Assembly (NCBI RefSeq): GCF_009914755.1
Contig: NC_060941.1
Direction: 5' to 3' (one strand)
Length of the DNA: 64,000 bases
Source of the DNA: the human T2T-CHM13v2.0 reference genome, Homo sapiens
Below the pieces are notes generated by a model that was not told where the DNA came from, searched no databases, and was given only the letters and a program-made list of their open reading frames with translations. A program made the translations under genes and the position numbers. Positions within the stretch are counted from its first letter, which is position 1. Each line of letters opens with the position of its first letter. Below, piece by piece: positions 40,099 through 60,428 of the stretch.

Positions 40099-40112
40099 CT
40101 AGAAGTCTCTCA

Positions 40113-40355
<243 letters not shown>

Positions 40356-41978
40356 TCAGCATCTGATAAAAAGCCAGCTACCCATTTGTTATCCCCATTT
40401 GTTATTGAGAAGTTAGCTCCCCATTTGTTATTGCGAAGACCTTTCTAGATACTTGTGTGACACTACTAAAAGGATGTTTGATTAGTTTGTTAAAAGATTT
40501 CCATTTGTCTAACACACTGACCTTCAAAGTGGGTAAGGAAACTTGCTTCCTTTTCATTGATGAAATCTAACTACTTGAAGCTCTAAGTGCTTACCTAGGT
40601 ATCAAACTTCTGACAGTTTAAAAAGATACTAAAACTGTGCTTTCTGAGAACACTTTATAAACTCTGCATGCTTTCACGACCTTGATGGTCCGCTAAGACG
40701 AACAGTTGGTTCTTGATTCCCAGGTGGGACATTACTTGCTTTCTTCAGCAAATTTATCCACCTAGGAGCCTTCAATTACCAACCACACCTCTTCTCTTCT
40801 TTTCACACCTCTTCTTCAAAAGACTTTCAGGTGGTCTCAAGCCAGGTGGCAAGCTTCCCTGAAGCTTGTAACTTAAAAGTAACTTATTAACTACTCTTTA
40901 ACCTGGCCTAAAATCCACTGTTACAAAGCTCATACCTAAGTAATAAAATAACATTTTGTACAGCAAATGCTCACTTTCATAGTCTTCATGTTAGATTAAT
41001 TCCAAAGGGTAGAAATTATTTCCACTGAACTTCCTTTGTGCACATGTGGGCAGAATAATTGATAACCTCTCCAGGTAAGTCCAAAGTTAAATATGAACTA
41101 ATTTAAGTCTTCAAAAGATTGAATTCTGTATAAAAACTGAACATCTACAATTTTATACTTTGAGCAAATTTCAGGTCATGCTGAATGCAGGATCCCTACA
41201 TTCTAGTGTTAGGATGAACAAGTCTGGCATTTGCCAAAGCCTAACTCATAAAGTCACCTGGACACACAGCCCCAGAAAAAGAAACTTGCATGTTGAATGG
41301 CACTATAAGAAGGCATCCTAGGTGCAAGCTCAGTAGTAGAACAAAGACAAAAAGCATCAAAACTCTACTAGCAAAAACTCTAACATTTACTAGAGCTCCA
41401 TTTATTTTCAGCAGAGACATCTCGAAAGCCTTTTATGGATTTGTGTAAGAGAAAGATATACATAAGAACAATGTGGTCTTTATCAACATTCCCCCGACAT
41501 TCTATTGTAACCACATAGAGAGGTGGCACGCAAATAAAGTCTTTTAAAGGTTAGACTGGGCAAATCACACAGAACTAGAAGCCACTGAAAGGGAGTGATA
41601 CCAACTAGGCATGCTACTTTTGTGTAGACAATATTAACTGGTATTGTTTTGGGAAAAAAAAAATCCCTGTATCTATGTAATCAGAGCTGGCTTTCTGGAG
41701 AGGATGACATTTTGAGGTAAAGAGAAATGAGTAGGTAGAGATGAAAATGAGATCACACAGTGGGTGAGTGGGAGGATTTAGGAAAATTGGTTAGGATCCA
41801 AAAATTACACTGAAACTTTCAATATTCAAAAGAGATTATCTCACTCCAGTAGGTATAGCAAATAAAAAATAAAAAGAGAGAGACTAGAAACCAACCCATG
41901 ACATCAACTAGCTCTCCATATGGGACATTTAACAACACTACATTTTATGGCTAGAGTGTATCACTTAAGTCAAAGTCA

Positions 41979-45941
<3,963 letters not shown>

Positions 45942-46464
45942 CCAAATAAAGATTTAAATATAAAAACAAATATTATACTCAAATCTAAAAAAAAAAAAAT
46001 TGTGAAGCAATATATAGTGGTTAACAGTATGAGCTGTGGAGCCAGACTGCCTGGGTTTGAACCTTGACTCCGCCACTTACTAGCTGTGTGGCCTTAAGAC
46101 AAGTTACTGTGTCTTCATCTTTACTAACAGGAGAGTACCTGATAGAGTTGTTTTAAAGATAAATAACTCACAACAGTATCTGGCTCTCGACTCTTAATCA
46201 CTTTTGTAAAACCGTAAGTATAGCTACTGATAGAACATTTACCATCAAACTTGATAGAACATTTACCATCAAAGATCTTGATTTCAAAATTCTAGCTTCT
46301 TAACACTGTATAATATGATCATTGATAAGTCACATGACATCCTTAAATTTTCTCACTTGTTAAAAAGGACTAATAATACCAATTTCATGGGAGTGTAGGA
46401 AAGATCAAATGACTCTGTAACTGTTAAAACATTACACAAATGTTAGCTAAATTAGTATACCGCA

Positions 46465-46645
46465 TGATTTCTCAACAGCTGGCACTTCTTTGTTGTGGGG
46501 CACAGTCCTGTGCACTGTAGATATCTAGCAGCATCTCTGTCCTCATGGTGCATGTGCCTCCCTACTCCCCCAATTTGTGAAAATGAGTAATTACTACAGA
46601 TATTGCCAAATGTCTCCTGTGAGGACAAAATCACTGAGAACCATG
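46465..46645. mobile_element. MER20-like hAT element; MIR-like sequence at ~46013-46200
   Basis: ttctcaac...ttctttgttgtgggg...tcctgtgcactgtag...cagatattgccaaatgtc...tgagaacca. Confidence 0.65.
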
Positions 46646-48350
46646 AGGTTCAAATTACGGTCATCCCGTCTAGAAAAATTCAAAGCACAGGCTCCCATTA
46701 AATATTAGTGGTGAGTCACAGTAAACATAAGACTCAGTAAAAAAGGAAAACAAAAAAAATAAAAATTAATAGTAAGAACAAAGCTCTCAAAGACTATTGT
46801 CAAGAACAAGCCTGAAGAGAGCTTCCCCTACCAAAGATCAGATAACGTTAGCATCATAAAGAAAAGACTACAATGGCTTGAAATACCTCAAATATGTTTC
46901 AATCAATGACTCACAGCCCCTTCATGAAAAACTTCAGTGACTGTCCTTAGAGGATAGTAGAAAACTAATTTGTTATTTTGAAAATTGGTAAATAAAAAAA
47001 AACAACAAATCATGCTTTCTTCTGTACAAACTGTACCTCAGGGTAAACAAATAGTTGAAAAGGACAATTTTCCCTTTATAAACATATTCTATCTAGCTAA
47101 TAAAAGAAAAACAGAAATGATACAAGTAGAATATCACCATTCTTCAGCTTCCAATTTAACAATGGGTCCAGGCAATGATCACCAGTGGTTGATAACAAAC
47201 AGTTTAGTCATTACGTGTCTTCTGATACAAGCATAAGGCGGCCACCTTGTGTTTTCTCACGAAACTAAAACTGGACTTATTCACGTTTCTACTAGTTTTC
47301 AAGAAAAACAAGGGACAGAAAAACATCACTGTTTTTTAAATGCACTAAAAATAAGATGGATTAATAAATGGAAGGATGATTGTATGCTAAAATGTTAGTG
47401 GTAGAACCTAGGGAGTAGCTACATAGGTGTTCACTGTAAAATTCATTCAACTTCGTATCTGAATAATTTCATAACAAAATTTGGAAAAGAAAACAGTGAC
47501 ACCACAGGACTTCTGCTTCTAGCAGAGTAATAGTGATCAGATTTACCTTTCAGTCATAAACCAGAAAACTGGACAACAGGCAGTATAACACTGAGAAATA
47601 AATGGGGTGGTCTCTAAGACTGCCCTGGTTTTCCGTCTGGAAGTACATTCTAGACTGCAGGGCAGGGAGAGGATCTGAAGCAGAGTATAATAGCTTCACT
47701 GAGTTGAGGAAGCAAATTCTCACTAGATCAGAATTCAGAGACTAAGGAAACTGAAAATTGCAAGGCAAAATTCTTGAGAGGAGGAAGCTTTACAGAAAAA
47801 GAGCCCCAGAAATCTTCATAAGATCCCCCTGAGTGTTTGCTAAATATTAAAAGGTGCATGTAAAGGGTGAAACTATCAGGCCAGGCAAGAGCAACTAGGC
47901 AGCTGTGAGCTGAAATGGTTTCCACAGCTAACACAAGCCTGAGAGGCTTTTAAACTGTGACCAGCCAAAGTTGCATAGAGAATTCAAGACAGAAGATCCT
48001 GCTTTAGTTGTGGAGCTAGACTACTAAGGTGGCCAACTCCTCACCTGACCTAACAAATGACAAGGAATTTACCTGCCAGCAAAACAAAGCCTCTTTAAAG
48101 GAAGATGGCACAATCCACATGCTACAAGCAGGGAAAATTATTAATTGGATTTTCAGCTTAAAACATAAATAAAACATTGTTAGATATGCCAAGAGGCAAG
48201 AAAATACTACTATAGGGATAAAATTTTTAAAAGAAAGTAGGCTGTGGGAAACTAAGGTATCAGATAAATGAAGTTTTCTCAACAAATAAATCACCTATAT
48301 GGATAGCTTGTATCAAACCAACACTCTCACTAATTGGAAAAGCCAGATTT

Positions 48351-48354
<4 letters not shown>

Positions 48355-48384
<30 letters not shown>

Positions 48385-48407
48385 CTCTCTCTCTCTCTCT
48401 CTCTCTC
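48355..48407. repeat. Compound (CA)n(CT)n microsatellite
   Basis: cacaca...ctctct run. Confidence 0.9.
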
Positions 48408-49253
48408 AAAACATAAGAAAAATGCTGACATAATGACAATATTGAAAGCTAAGATTCCAGAGAGGAAAAGAACCTGGCCAACATGGCGAAAACCCATCTC
48501 TACTAAAAACACAAAAATTAGCTAGGCATGGTGGCACGTGTCTGTAATCTCAGCTACTTGCTGAGGCAGGAGAATCGCTTGAACCTGGGAGATGGAGGTT
48601 TCAGTGAGCCAAGGATGTGCCACTGCACTCCAGCCTGGGCAACAGAGCGAGACTCCATCTCGGAAAAAAAAAAAAAGAAAGAAAGAAAAAAAAAAGAGCA
48701 GAGCTTTTGGTACTCTTGTAGGGCTGAATGGATAACACTAGAGACTTGAAATGTCAAATTATCAATAAAAAGAGGACAGGGAACTAAGCATGACACACTT
48801 CCAAGTACCACCCTCCCAAAGAAAAAGCTGAAGTTGTGAATGGTAGGAGGCTACAAAGCTAAGTGGAAAGTCTCTGAAAAGGGCAGAGATGTTTCTGGCA
48901 GTCTCGTGAGGAGACTAGAATTAGATCTCAGGATATGCTAAGAGGAAAGGAGGCTAGGCACAGTGGCTCACACCTGTAATCCCAGCACTTTGGGAGGCTG
49001 AGGCGGGCAGACCACCTAAGGTCAGGAGTTCGAAACCAGCTTGGCCAACATGGTGAAACCCCGTCTCTACTAAAAATACAAAAATTAGCTGGGCATGGTA
49101 GCACGCGCCTGTAGTCCCAGCTACTTGGAAGGCTGAGGCAGGAAGGAGAATCATATGAACCCGGGAGGCAGACGTTGCAGTGAGCCAAGATCATGCCATT
49201 GCACTTCAGCCTGGGTGACAGAGCGAGGCGAGGCTCTGACTCCAAAAAAAAAA

Positions 49254-49296
<43 letters not shown>

Positions 49297-51297
49297 AACT
49301 GATCAACACATGTTCTCAGCTGGAACTAAGAGAGAGAAACAGACTGTTATCTTTTTGAGACAGAGTCTAGCTCTGCTGCCCAGACTGGAGTGCAGTAGCT
49401 TGATCTTGACTCACTGCAACCTCTGCCTCCCAGCTTCAAACCATTCACCTGCCTCAGCCACCTGTGTAGCTGCCACCACAGCTGGCTTTTTTATTTTTGA
49501 GATGAAGAGATTGCACCACTGCACTCCAGCCTGGCGACAGAGCGAGACTCCATCTTGGGGGAGGGGAGGGGGACAAAAAACAAACAACAACAACAAAAAA
49601 TCAGCCTGTGCAACACAGTGAGACCTGCATCTCAATAAAATAATGAGATAAAATACTTGATACACGAAGAAATTCCCACGTTCCCTTAATTAATACTGCA
49701 ATGCTATCAATTCTCTTTGAAGGAATTCCCAAGAAATACTCAATTTAATACTTATGAAGGAATTAATACCAAAGTAAAACTCTATTCACCATTTTCTGTT
49801 AATCATAGCATATTCGTCCAAAACACTAAAAGAATTCTTTTGGCTCAAGGACAGGTTATAATCATTTGCTTTTGCTTTGCATTTGATATTCGTTATCTAA
49901 CTCATCCACTGTTAACATGTGGAAAGATTTTCAAAGGTTTGGCAACTCTATCACAATCAAGCATATCCCACAACTGGCTCTTGAAGATCCATCAGAGTGA
50001 AGAAACAAAACGTGTAAGCTTCTATTTTATCTCAGTCTTTCAAAATTTATTTTGTATGTGTTTTATAATGTATATATAAAACACCGTCATAACAGTTTAG
50101 AGGTAACTGTTCCAAGCACAGAGTGATTTCTGAGTATTCTTTTAGTAGCTTTATGTCCTAAGGTACAATTTTCTACATGGCATGCTTGCTCCTTTCCAAA
50201 TGTCTAACTAGTATGAAAAAGTTGGTTGGGCCTCCAAGGTCTATTGCACTCTGTCAAGGAAGAACGTATCAAATTATTAACTTTTAATACTGACTCATAT
50301 TCTAGTTCATTAGTCCTCAACCATGGTGTCATGAAACTGGATTTAAATAGGTGGAATCAAAACTAGGAGGCCTAGAATCATATATTAACACCTTTATTTA
50401 CCCTGATGTCTACAGGAAACCTGGTCATAGCCATGAGAGAATGCCCTGTACAAAAATGTCACTCTTCAAGTGTGATACAATGGGAAGAAGAGGAGGACTA
50501 CTCGGAATTCTATGGAAGCCAGCTTTAAAATTTGGCCCAGAGCAATCCCCCCTATGACAACAAGGACTACAAAATTCTAAAATGATGCCAGTACACTGCC
50601 AATTTGTTAGGAAATTGCTACTTTTTAAAAAATTGAAAGAAATGCTATTAAGGGCAATAAAAATTTCAAGGGTATGTTAGTAATAAATGTAGCCATTACC
50701 TATTCTACTGGTTATTAGTACAAAAAAACCCAGCCTTTTCAACCATTCATTTCCAAACACTGATGGTTTCCACTGCCAGACTATACACAAGTTTCTAATG
50801 GTCCACAGTAAATTGAGAATGAGAACAATGCAGTAAATTATTAATAAAACTACATTCTTTTCTTTTTTAAAAAAATACTATTTGTCTTATGGTTTAATTA
50901 TAAACATAATTTTACTTAAAAAATAAAAAGCAACCTTATTTGAAAATTGGCTGGTACCAATTTTATTTTAATAACTTTATTGATCTGAAATCTTAGTACG
51001 TTTAGGTTAAGTTATAAACACCTACTTCACTTAGGCACTGGGCCAGGAAAAGAACATAATGGCATATAAGAACTTTCCACTGGAGTGCTTCTTCATTCAC
51101 TTAGATAATTACTAACATCCACCATACTAGACCCCTAAAGTGATGAAACACACAATAAATAGCAATATAGGCTATTCAGTAATTACAACTAGTAATTCCG
51201 TCATTTTATAATAAAATTATGATTTAGGAAGTACTCCATGTTCTCCATGAGCCTTACTCTGATATTCACTTACCACACCCTAGTGGTTATTCCTTAG

Positions 51298-51774
<477 letters not shown>

Positions 51775-52184
51775 TTACCTCCCCCAAAATAGCTTACAAC
51801 ACTTCTCTGCTCAAAAATTTAAAACTTATAGACTGAAACCCAAATCATCAGTTTGGGCATTCAAGGCTTCCTATTTATTTACTGATAGATCTCATTTCTC
51901 TTTATTCCCAACGAGTTTAACTTACTGAACACTTTGTTTTAGTCATTGATTTTAAGAAGTACAAGTGATATAACAACAGCTTTTTTTTTTTTTTTTTTTT
52001 TTTAGATGGACTCTCACTCTCTCACCAGGCTGGAGTGCTGTGGCGAGATCTCAGCTCACTGCAACCTCTGACTTCTTGGTTCAAGCGATTCTCCTGCCCC
52101 AGCCTCTCGAGTAGCTGGGATTACAGGCACGTGCCACCACGCCCAGCTAATTTTTGTATTTTTAGTAGAGATGGGGTTTCATCA

Positions 52185-52289
<105 letters not shown>

Positions 52290-52361
52290 TTAAGGGCAAA
52301 AGAGTTACTGCACTAAACGTGCATCTCAATTTTAAGATATATTCCAGCCATAATTCAACTA

Positions 52362-52781
<420 letters not shown>

Positions 52782-54489
52782 TTAATCACTTGCTTTGTGT
52801 GTTCTGTACTCTGTACTCACAATAACTGTGAACTCACTGTCATGTAACAATATTAGAACATAATTTACCTGTTAACTTCTTTGCTGTCATTAGAAAGTAA
52901 GCTCCATGAAGATAAGGGCTTTGTTTTCCTTACCAATGCAACCTGGCTGCCCTGAATAATACGGTGGGCATTCAAAAATGCTGTTGAATAAATCTGTCTG
53001 GAAAACTGAGCAATTCAAGATGACAGAAGACAAGATGCTTGCTCATCAGCAAATACCACTGAGGTCATGTCATGAGTGAGGAGCCATGTGAGACACAGAA
53101 AGCAACCTAGACAGAAGGAATGGGGTGTGTCTCTAACTCTGGAAGAACTCCAGCTTTCTGCTAGATCTAGTACATGGTATATTTCCCAAAGTCAACTAAT
53201 TTCTCTGTCTTATTTTTCATGCAGCTTACTTTTGTGTCAGGATGATTCTGTTTTAGAAAGTGGCATTGGAACAAAAGGATATTTAGTTTTATGCCTATCT
53301 CTTGCCTAAGCTACCTTTTATAATTTTATATGTACATTCAAAACTACATTCGTTCTTAGGCATGGATCAGAAGAAGGTTGGCTACTTCACATATTAAAAA
53401 ACAAAATCCAGGAGGCCACCACATACTTCAGAAAATTTTTATACGACTCCTGATGTCATGCCATAGTGGCTGGTAAACTGCCAAAACAGAGGAAGGGTGC
53501 TTTATTTTCATGAGGTGGCGGTTTTTTTTTTTTTTTTAAATGTAAAAGCATTCTGTGTTAAATTCATCAAGGAATTGACAAAAAGCTATTTTCCTACACT
53601 TGACAGTAATATACTGTTTTCTGACATTCCTGTTATCAACTCCTCTGAAAATCTTTTAGAGATATACGACTATTAGTAAAAAAAAAAAAAAAAAACAAAA
53701 AAAAACTGAGACTGAAATGTCAATATGAAAACCCTGCCAAATACCTTATTCTTATCTATTTCTGCTATTTTGATATTTCAGGTAGAGTCCGAGGAATAGA
53801 CAGGAAGAAATGGTATCGCCTGACAGTCAATTCTACAATTCTTTTCTTTAAAGAGAACATGGCAAACTTACACAGTACAACTGCATACTAGAATAAAACA
53901 AGGAAAGTACTGAAAATTCACCATGCAAATACTAATTGTTCCAGCAATTCTCTCATCTCCCTTATTTGTCATTAGCAAATATGTTGCTAGTGGCTCTCTT
54001 AAGAAAAATTCCCATTCTCTGCTCTCTTTTACAGCAACATTCTTTGAAAATGTTATCTACAATGGTTCCCTCAATTCCTTCTGTGGCCTTGTCTCCTGAA
54101 ACCACTCCAACCATGCTTTAATTCACCTTTCTCCCTCTACCAAAACTGCTCACCAATGTCTGCAACAACCCCACCCCACTAAATTCAATGGTCTCAATTC
54201 TCAGCCTTCATCTTACTGATCCTGTCTGTAACAACTGACACAGACAATCCCTCCTCCTCCTCCCTCTCCAAAACACTTTCTCCCCTTGCCTTTCACATAC
54301 CACACTCTCTTGGTTTTTCTTCTACTTTATTCGTCACTCCCTTCCCAATCCTTTCCTCATCTTTCACAGGAATGAGGAGGAATACCTAAGCTCTGGAATA
54401 CATCAAAGGGCTAATCCATATACCTCTTCTTTATCTGAGCTCTCCAGCACTCTCTATTCCCTCCTCTATTGCATTTCTCTCTCCAGGAT

Positions 54490-54582
54490 TTTTTTTAATT
54501 AATTAATTTTTTATTATTATTATACTTTAAGTTTTAGGGTACATGTGCACAACGTGCAGGTTAGTTACATATGTATACGTGT
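54490..54582 (-). mobile_element. ~90-bp L1PA 3' terminal fragment
   Basis: ttattattatactttaagttttagggtacatgtgcacaacgtgcaggttagttacatatgtatac is the reverse complement of the young L1 3' end. Confidence 0.85.
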
Positions 54583-56028
54583 GTTTTTTTTGTTTGTTTT
54601 TTTGTTTTTTTAAAAGACAGAGTCTCAATCACTCTGTCATCCAGGCTGGAGTGCAGTGGCACAACCATGGTTCACTGCAGTGTCAACCTGGTGGGCTCAA
54701 ATGATCCTCCCGCCTCAGCCTCCTGAGCAAATGGACTACACACGCTCGCCCACAGCAGGCTTTTTTTTTTTTTAAAGATATGGGGTCTCACTATGTTGCC
54801 CAGACTGGTCTCAAACTCCTGAACGCAAGTGATCCTCCTTCCTCAGCCTCCCAAAGTGCCAGGATTACAGGTATGAGCCACTGTGCCTAGCCTCTCTCCA
54901 AGATTTAATGCTATAGGACACACTGCAGAGTTCATTTATTATTTTCTTTCTCTTAACAACTAGAATATTTCATAGGGTAAGCACTTTTGTCTGTTTTGTT
55001 TAGTGTTGTATACCCAGTGACTAGACAGATTTAGCTCGTTGCAGGAAGCCAATAAATATTTGTTGAAAGAATGAATGAACAACAACAAAAGTGGTAACAA
55101 TAACAGCCACTTTGTACGAGGAACTTATCAACCAGACATCCCAATAAGCATGTTACATATATTTCATTGAACCCTCAAACAACCCTATGAGATCTCTGAG
55201 GCTTTGGAGAGGAGTGGAAGTCAGGGTGGTTAACATGCACCAAATTACCAAACTACTAAGTGGTAGTACCATGATTCAAACCCAAGGTTATCATCTTCAA
55301 AGATAATGCTCTTAATTCCTGCACAGTACCAATTTTACTGGAATATTATTATCTCATTAGTTTTGGAATAAAGGCAACTGCTATTTGAAGAGTCAGCAAT
55401 CTAAAATTCCCTACAGTTGTGAATTAATCTCCATTTCCTTTGTGAAGACAAACTTTTTTTTAGTAATATCAATTTAAAAACTTTAGTGAAGATTCCTTTT
55501 TTTCTCAGGCAGGGTCTCACTCTGTCACCCAAGCTTAAGTACAGTGGCACAAATACAGCTCAAAGCAGCCTCAACCTTATGGGTTCAAGCAATCCTGCCT
55601 CGGCCTCCTGAATAGCTGGGACTACAGGTGTGCACCACCATGCTTAATTTTTAAATACTTTGTAGAGATGAAGGTCTCACTATATTTTCCAGGCTGGTAT
55701 TCAATTCCTAGGCTCAAGCAATCCTCCCGCCTTGGCCTCCCGAAGTGTTGGGATTACAGGCATGAGCCACTGCACATGGCCAAGATTCTTTTTTAGGGCA
55801 AAGGATTCTATACTGCCATTTTCAGTGATAACAGTGAAGGTGAGAGGGCACACTATTCTCCTTCAAAGTGTTAAGGGCAGTACTTAAACTTTCAGTCTCT
55901 CCCATTTCTATTAAAAAGCTCAAGACAGTGGTTTTCAAAACTAGCTGCAGAGTCACCGAGGAGCTTTGTGTTTTCTGAAAACAAGATTCCAACATCCAAC
56001 TCCAGAGCAAACAGGGCCCAGGAACCTA

Positions 56029-56382
<354 letters not shown>

Positions 56383-57171
56383 TCAGAACACACAAAGAAA
56401 CAAAATAAATAAACAACAAGAAAACACAAAGAAACAAAGCCTCTTATACTAGTTCAACCTCTATTTGCTAATGTTCAGACACAAAGAAGCACTCTAGAGC
56501 AGAAGCAGGTCTCCTCTTGATGTCTGTTAATCTACCTGTGTGTGCTTATGTGTAAGGTTCTTGGTGCACATTAACTACATCATGTCTGAAAGATAAAAGT
56601 CAATAAATAAACTCAAGTTCTAGTGATTGAGTTCTCCTCTACATCAAACACACGAGTAAATAAAGTCTAGAGAACTACAGTTGGTTAGAAAATGATGAAT
56701 TTTGCAAATGTTAATGGGCTTCCTTAGAATCAGTTCTATGAAACCCGAATTTTAAGGGTGTTGTACACATCATTCACTTGTACAGAATCTCCCTGAATCT
56801 TTTGTTTTCTCCCTTGAATCTTCATAAATACAGATTTACAAACATAGCCCTTGGAGATCTAATCTGTCCTAAGCAGAGGAGGTTAATATAAGCACTTCTG
56901 AGGAATTCCTGCAAGATTAAAACAATAATAATTCACAGTAACTGTAGTGTCTTTTATTTTACTCCATGCCCACTCCATTTTAGTAGGTAAAAGGAAAATA
57001 TACAATTAATTAAAATGCACTGCTTCATTATACAGTGAAGATTAAAAATGTTACTAAGTGATAAGGCTTCCGCTTCTTTAAACCAGGGTCAGTCCTGGCT
57101 AAAGAGAACTAAGAGCTCCAAAACACCTTTACAAGTCTACTAAGTGTAGGAAGTAGAAGAGCTAAAACTTA

Positions 57172-57453
<282 letters not shown>

Positions 57454-57880
57454 TCAGGTATGATGGCTCGCAACTATAATTGCAGCACTTTGGGAGGCCA
57501 AGGCAGGAGGATCGCTTGAGACCAGGAGTTTTGAGACCAGCCTGGGCAACACAGCGAGACCTCATCTCTAATTAAAAAGAGAGAGAGAGAGGTTGACAGA
57601 GAGAAGGAGAATATTATATTAGCTTTTGCTTTGGGGGGAAGAGGGATGAGGAATCCAAATGTACAGACTAAAAGTAAGTACCTATTGACAGGAAAATGAC
57701 CTCAATAATTCTATGGAACAGAAGCTTAGCAAAACAATTACACAGTAACATAAGCTTTCAACTAATGATCAAGAAGGATATACTAACATCAGTATCAAGA
57801 TGACTAAGAGGAAATTTAAATGTAGTTAATATCTGCTTAACTCTAACAGAGTATGCTAGAAGCTTGTTTTCTAAAAACTA

Positions 57881-58081
<201 letters not shown>

Positions 58082-58574
58082 TCAGGAGGCTGAGGTGGGA
58101 GGAGGATCACCTGAGCCAGGAGGCAGAGGCTGCAGTGAGCCATGATCATGCCACTGCACTCCAGCCTGGGTGACAGAGTGAGACCCTGTCTCAATGAATA
58201 AATAAATAAATAAACACACACACACATTTTTCCCTGACAGAAAACAAAGTTAATAAAATCTCAATGAATCTAATTATCTGATGCTATCAGATACTAACTA
58301 TTGTCTTTAGAGTATTCAAATCAAATATGTTTAGAATATAAAATGAAATAACAGATGAGAAAGAATAGAAAAAGTGTGATTTGCAGTATTCAAAACAAAT
58401 TATATATTTACTAGGCTCAAAACGGATAGGAACAGTATGAATGCCAGTCATATAGCACCTCTGAGGTATAGGCAATAAAGCAACAGATGCAGCTATCCCT
58501 CAGTTCTAGCAATTGTTGAACTATCCCAGAAAGGCTATGGGTCTTTGACTCCTTACTTTATTTTTTTGAGATGA

Positions 58575-58673
<99 letters not shown>

Positions 58674-60353
58674 TGAGTAGCTGGGATTACAGGCACACAC
58701 TACCATGCTCATGTAATTTTTGTATTTTTAGTAGAGATGGGGTTTCACCATGTTGGCCAGGCTGTTCTTGAACTTCTGACCTCAACTGATCTGCCCTCCT
58801 CGGCCTCCCAAAATGCTGGGATTATAGGCGTGTGAGCCACCACACCTAACCTGTCTCCTTACACTTGAACTGACTCTGGGGCACGCTGAAGTTCTCTTTC
58901 CTATAAAAGCTTTCAAGGTAAATATTCCTATAAATGCTTCCTACAAATGCTTTCAAGGTAAATATTTTGAGGCTGAAATTCTACTTTTCAATACTGATTT
59001 CTTTTGTCTTTATACCCCCAAGGATAAAACACCAAAGGACTGAACCTGAAAGTAGTCCTAGACAAGCATCAAAAAGAACAGACTGAGGCTGGGTGTGGTG
59101 GCTCATGCCTGTAATCCCAGCACTTTGGGAGGCTGAAGCAGGCAGATCACCTGAGGTCAGGAGTTCGAGACCAACCTAGCCAACATGGTAAAATCCCATT
59201 TCTACTAAAAATACAAAATTAGTTGGGCATGGTGGCGCCTGTCTGTAATCCCAGCTCCTCCGGGAGGCTGAGGCACAAGAATCACTTGAACCCAGGAAGT
59301 GGAGGTTGCAGTGAGCCAAATCACGCCACTGCACTGCAGCCTGGGAAAGAGAGAGAGAGAGACTGTCTCCAAAACAAAACAAAACAAAAAACAAACAAAA
59401 ACAAAAAACAGATTGGGAAGATAATCTAAAAGTTTTAATACAAATTATCCTAAAATACAGATCAAACTATATACACAGACAAGTCATATAAGTATGCTAC
59501 AATGAGTGAACACCGAGAAAAGGCTGTCTTTTTTGTTGGATATCCTGTACATCTACTAAGATATCACAAACATCTTGAACAATTGTCAATGCTATCAAAA
59601 ATTACAGTAAATCTGGCATAGACACATTGCCTTAAGCTCTATGCAGATTTCCCTTGGAAAGCAACACGGTATTAAGCAGCAAGAGCTATAAGGATATTCC
59701 TATCTTCTGACAAAATATTCTAACCAATTTTTAAAAATCTACCCTAAAGGAGTAACTCAACAAACACAGCCCCAAAAATCTTATTCACAAAGGTGGTCAC
59801 TGCAATGATATCTATCAATAATCTAAATGTTGTAAGCATTATAACTATAGTTATCAGTTGTGGTACACCAAATCAAAATATTAAAAAGAATCATAAAGGA
59901 TATTTCTTCTCTTATGGAAGAAGAGATTTCAAGAGAAAAAAATAATAGTTTAATATAGTTGTAGTGACTAAAAATATACATACACAGATAACAACAAGAC
60001 AAAGAGTGTTACAGTTGTAAAACTATTCTGAAATTTTCTTTACATTTTAGGTAATAGTTTTATATTAAAAAGAAACCCCCATAAAACCAAATACCCTCCT
60101 GAATGCTAGTAAGGATTTACTACACAGGGGAAACCTCAAAAAGGCTAAACAAATATGGTATGACAAAGAACAAGAAAAATCAAAAGAATTTAAGATTCAG
60201 GTTGGTATTAACTAACAGATGTATAACTTCAGGCATGTTATAGGTATTCTAGATTTCAGAAGTTCTGGTTTAGATGAAAAAGTTTCCTTTCAATAGAAAA
60301 ATGCTGTTTAAAAATGCTGTTTGTTTTTATTTCGGCATTAAATTATGGCAGTG

Positions 60354-60428
60354 ATTTGATTTATATATGGTATATATAATTTATATGGTATATTTGATTT
60401 ATATATGGTATATATAATTTATATGGTA
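60354..60428. repeat. Perfect 38-bp AT-rich tandem duplication
   Basis: atttgatttatatatggtatatataatttatatggta(t) twice. Confidence 0.9.
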
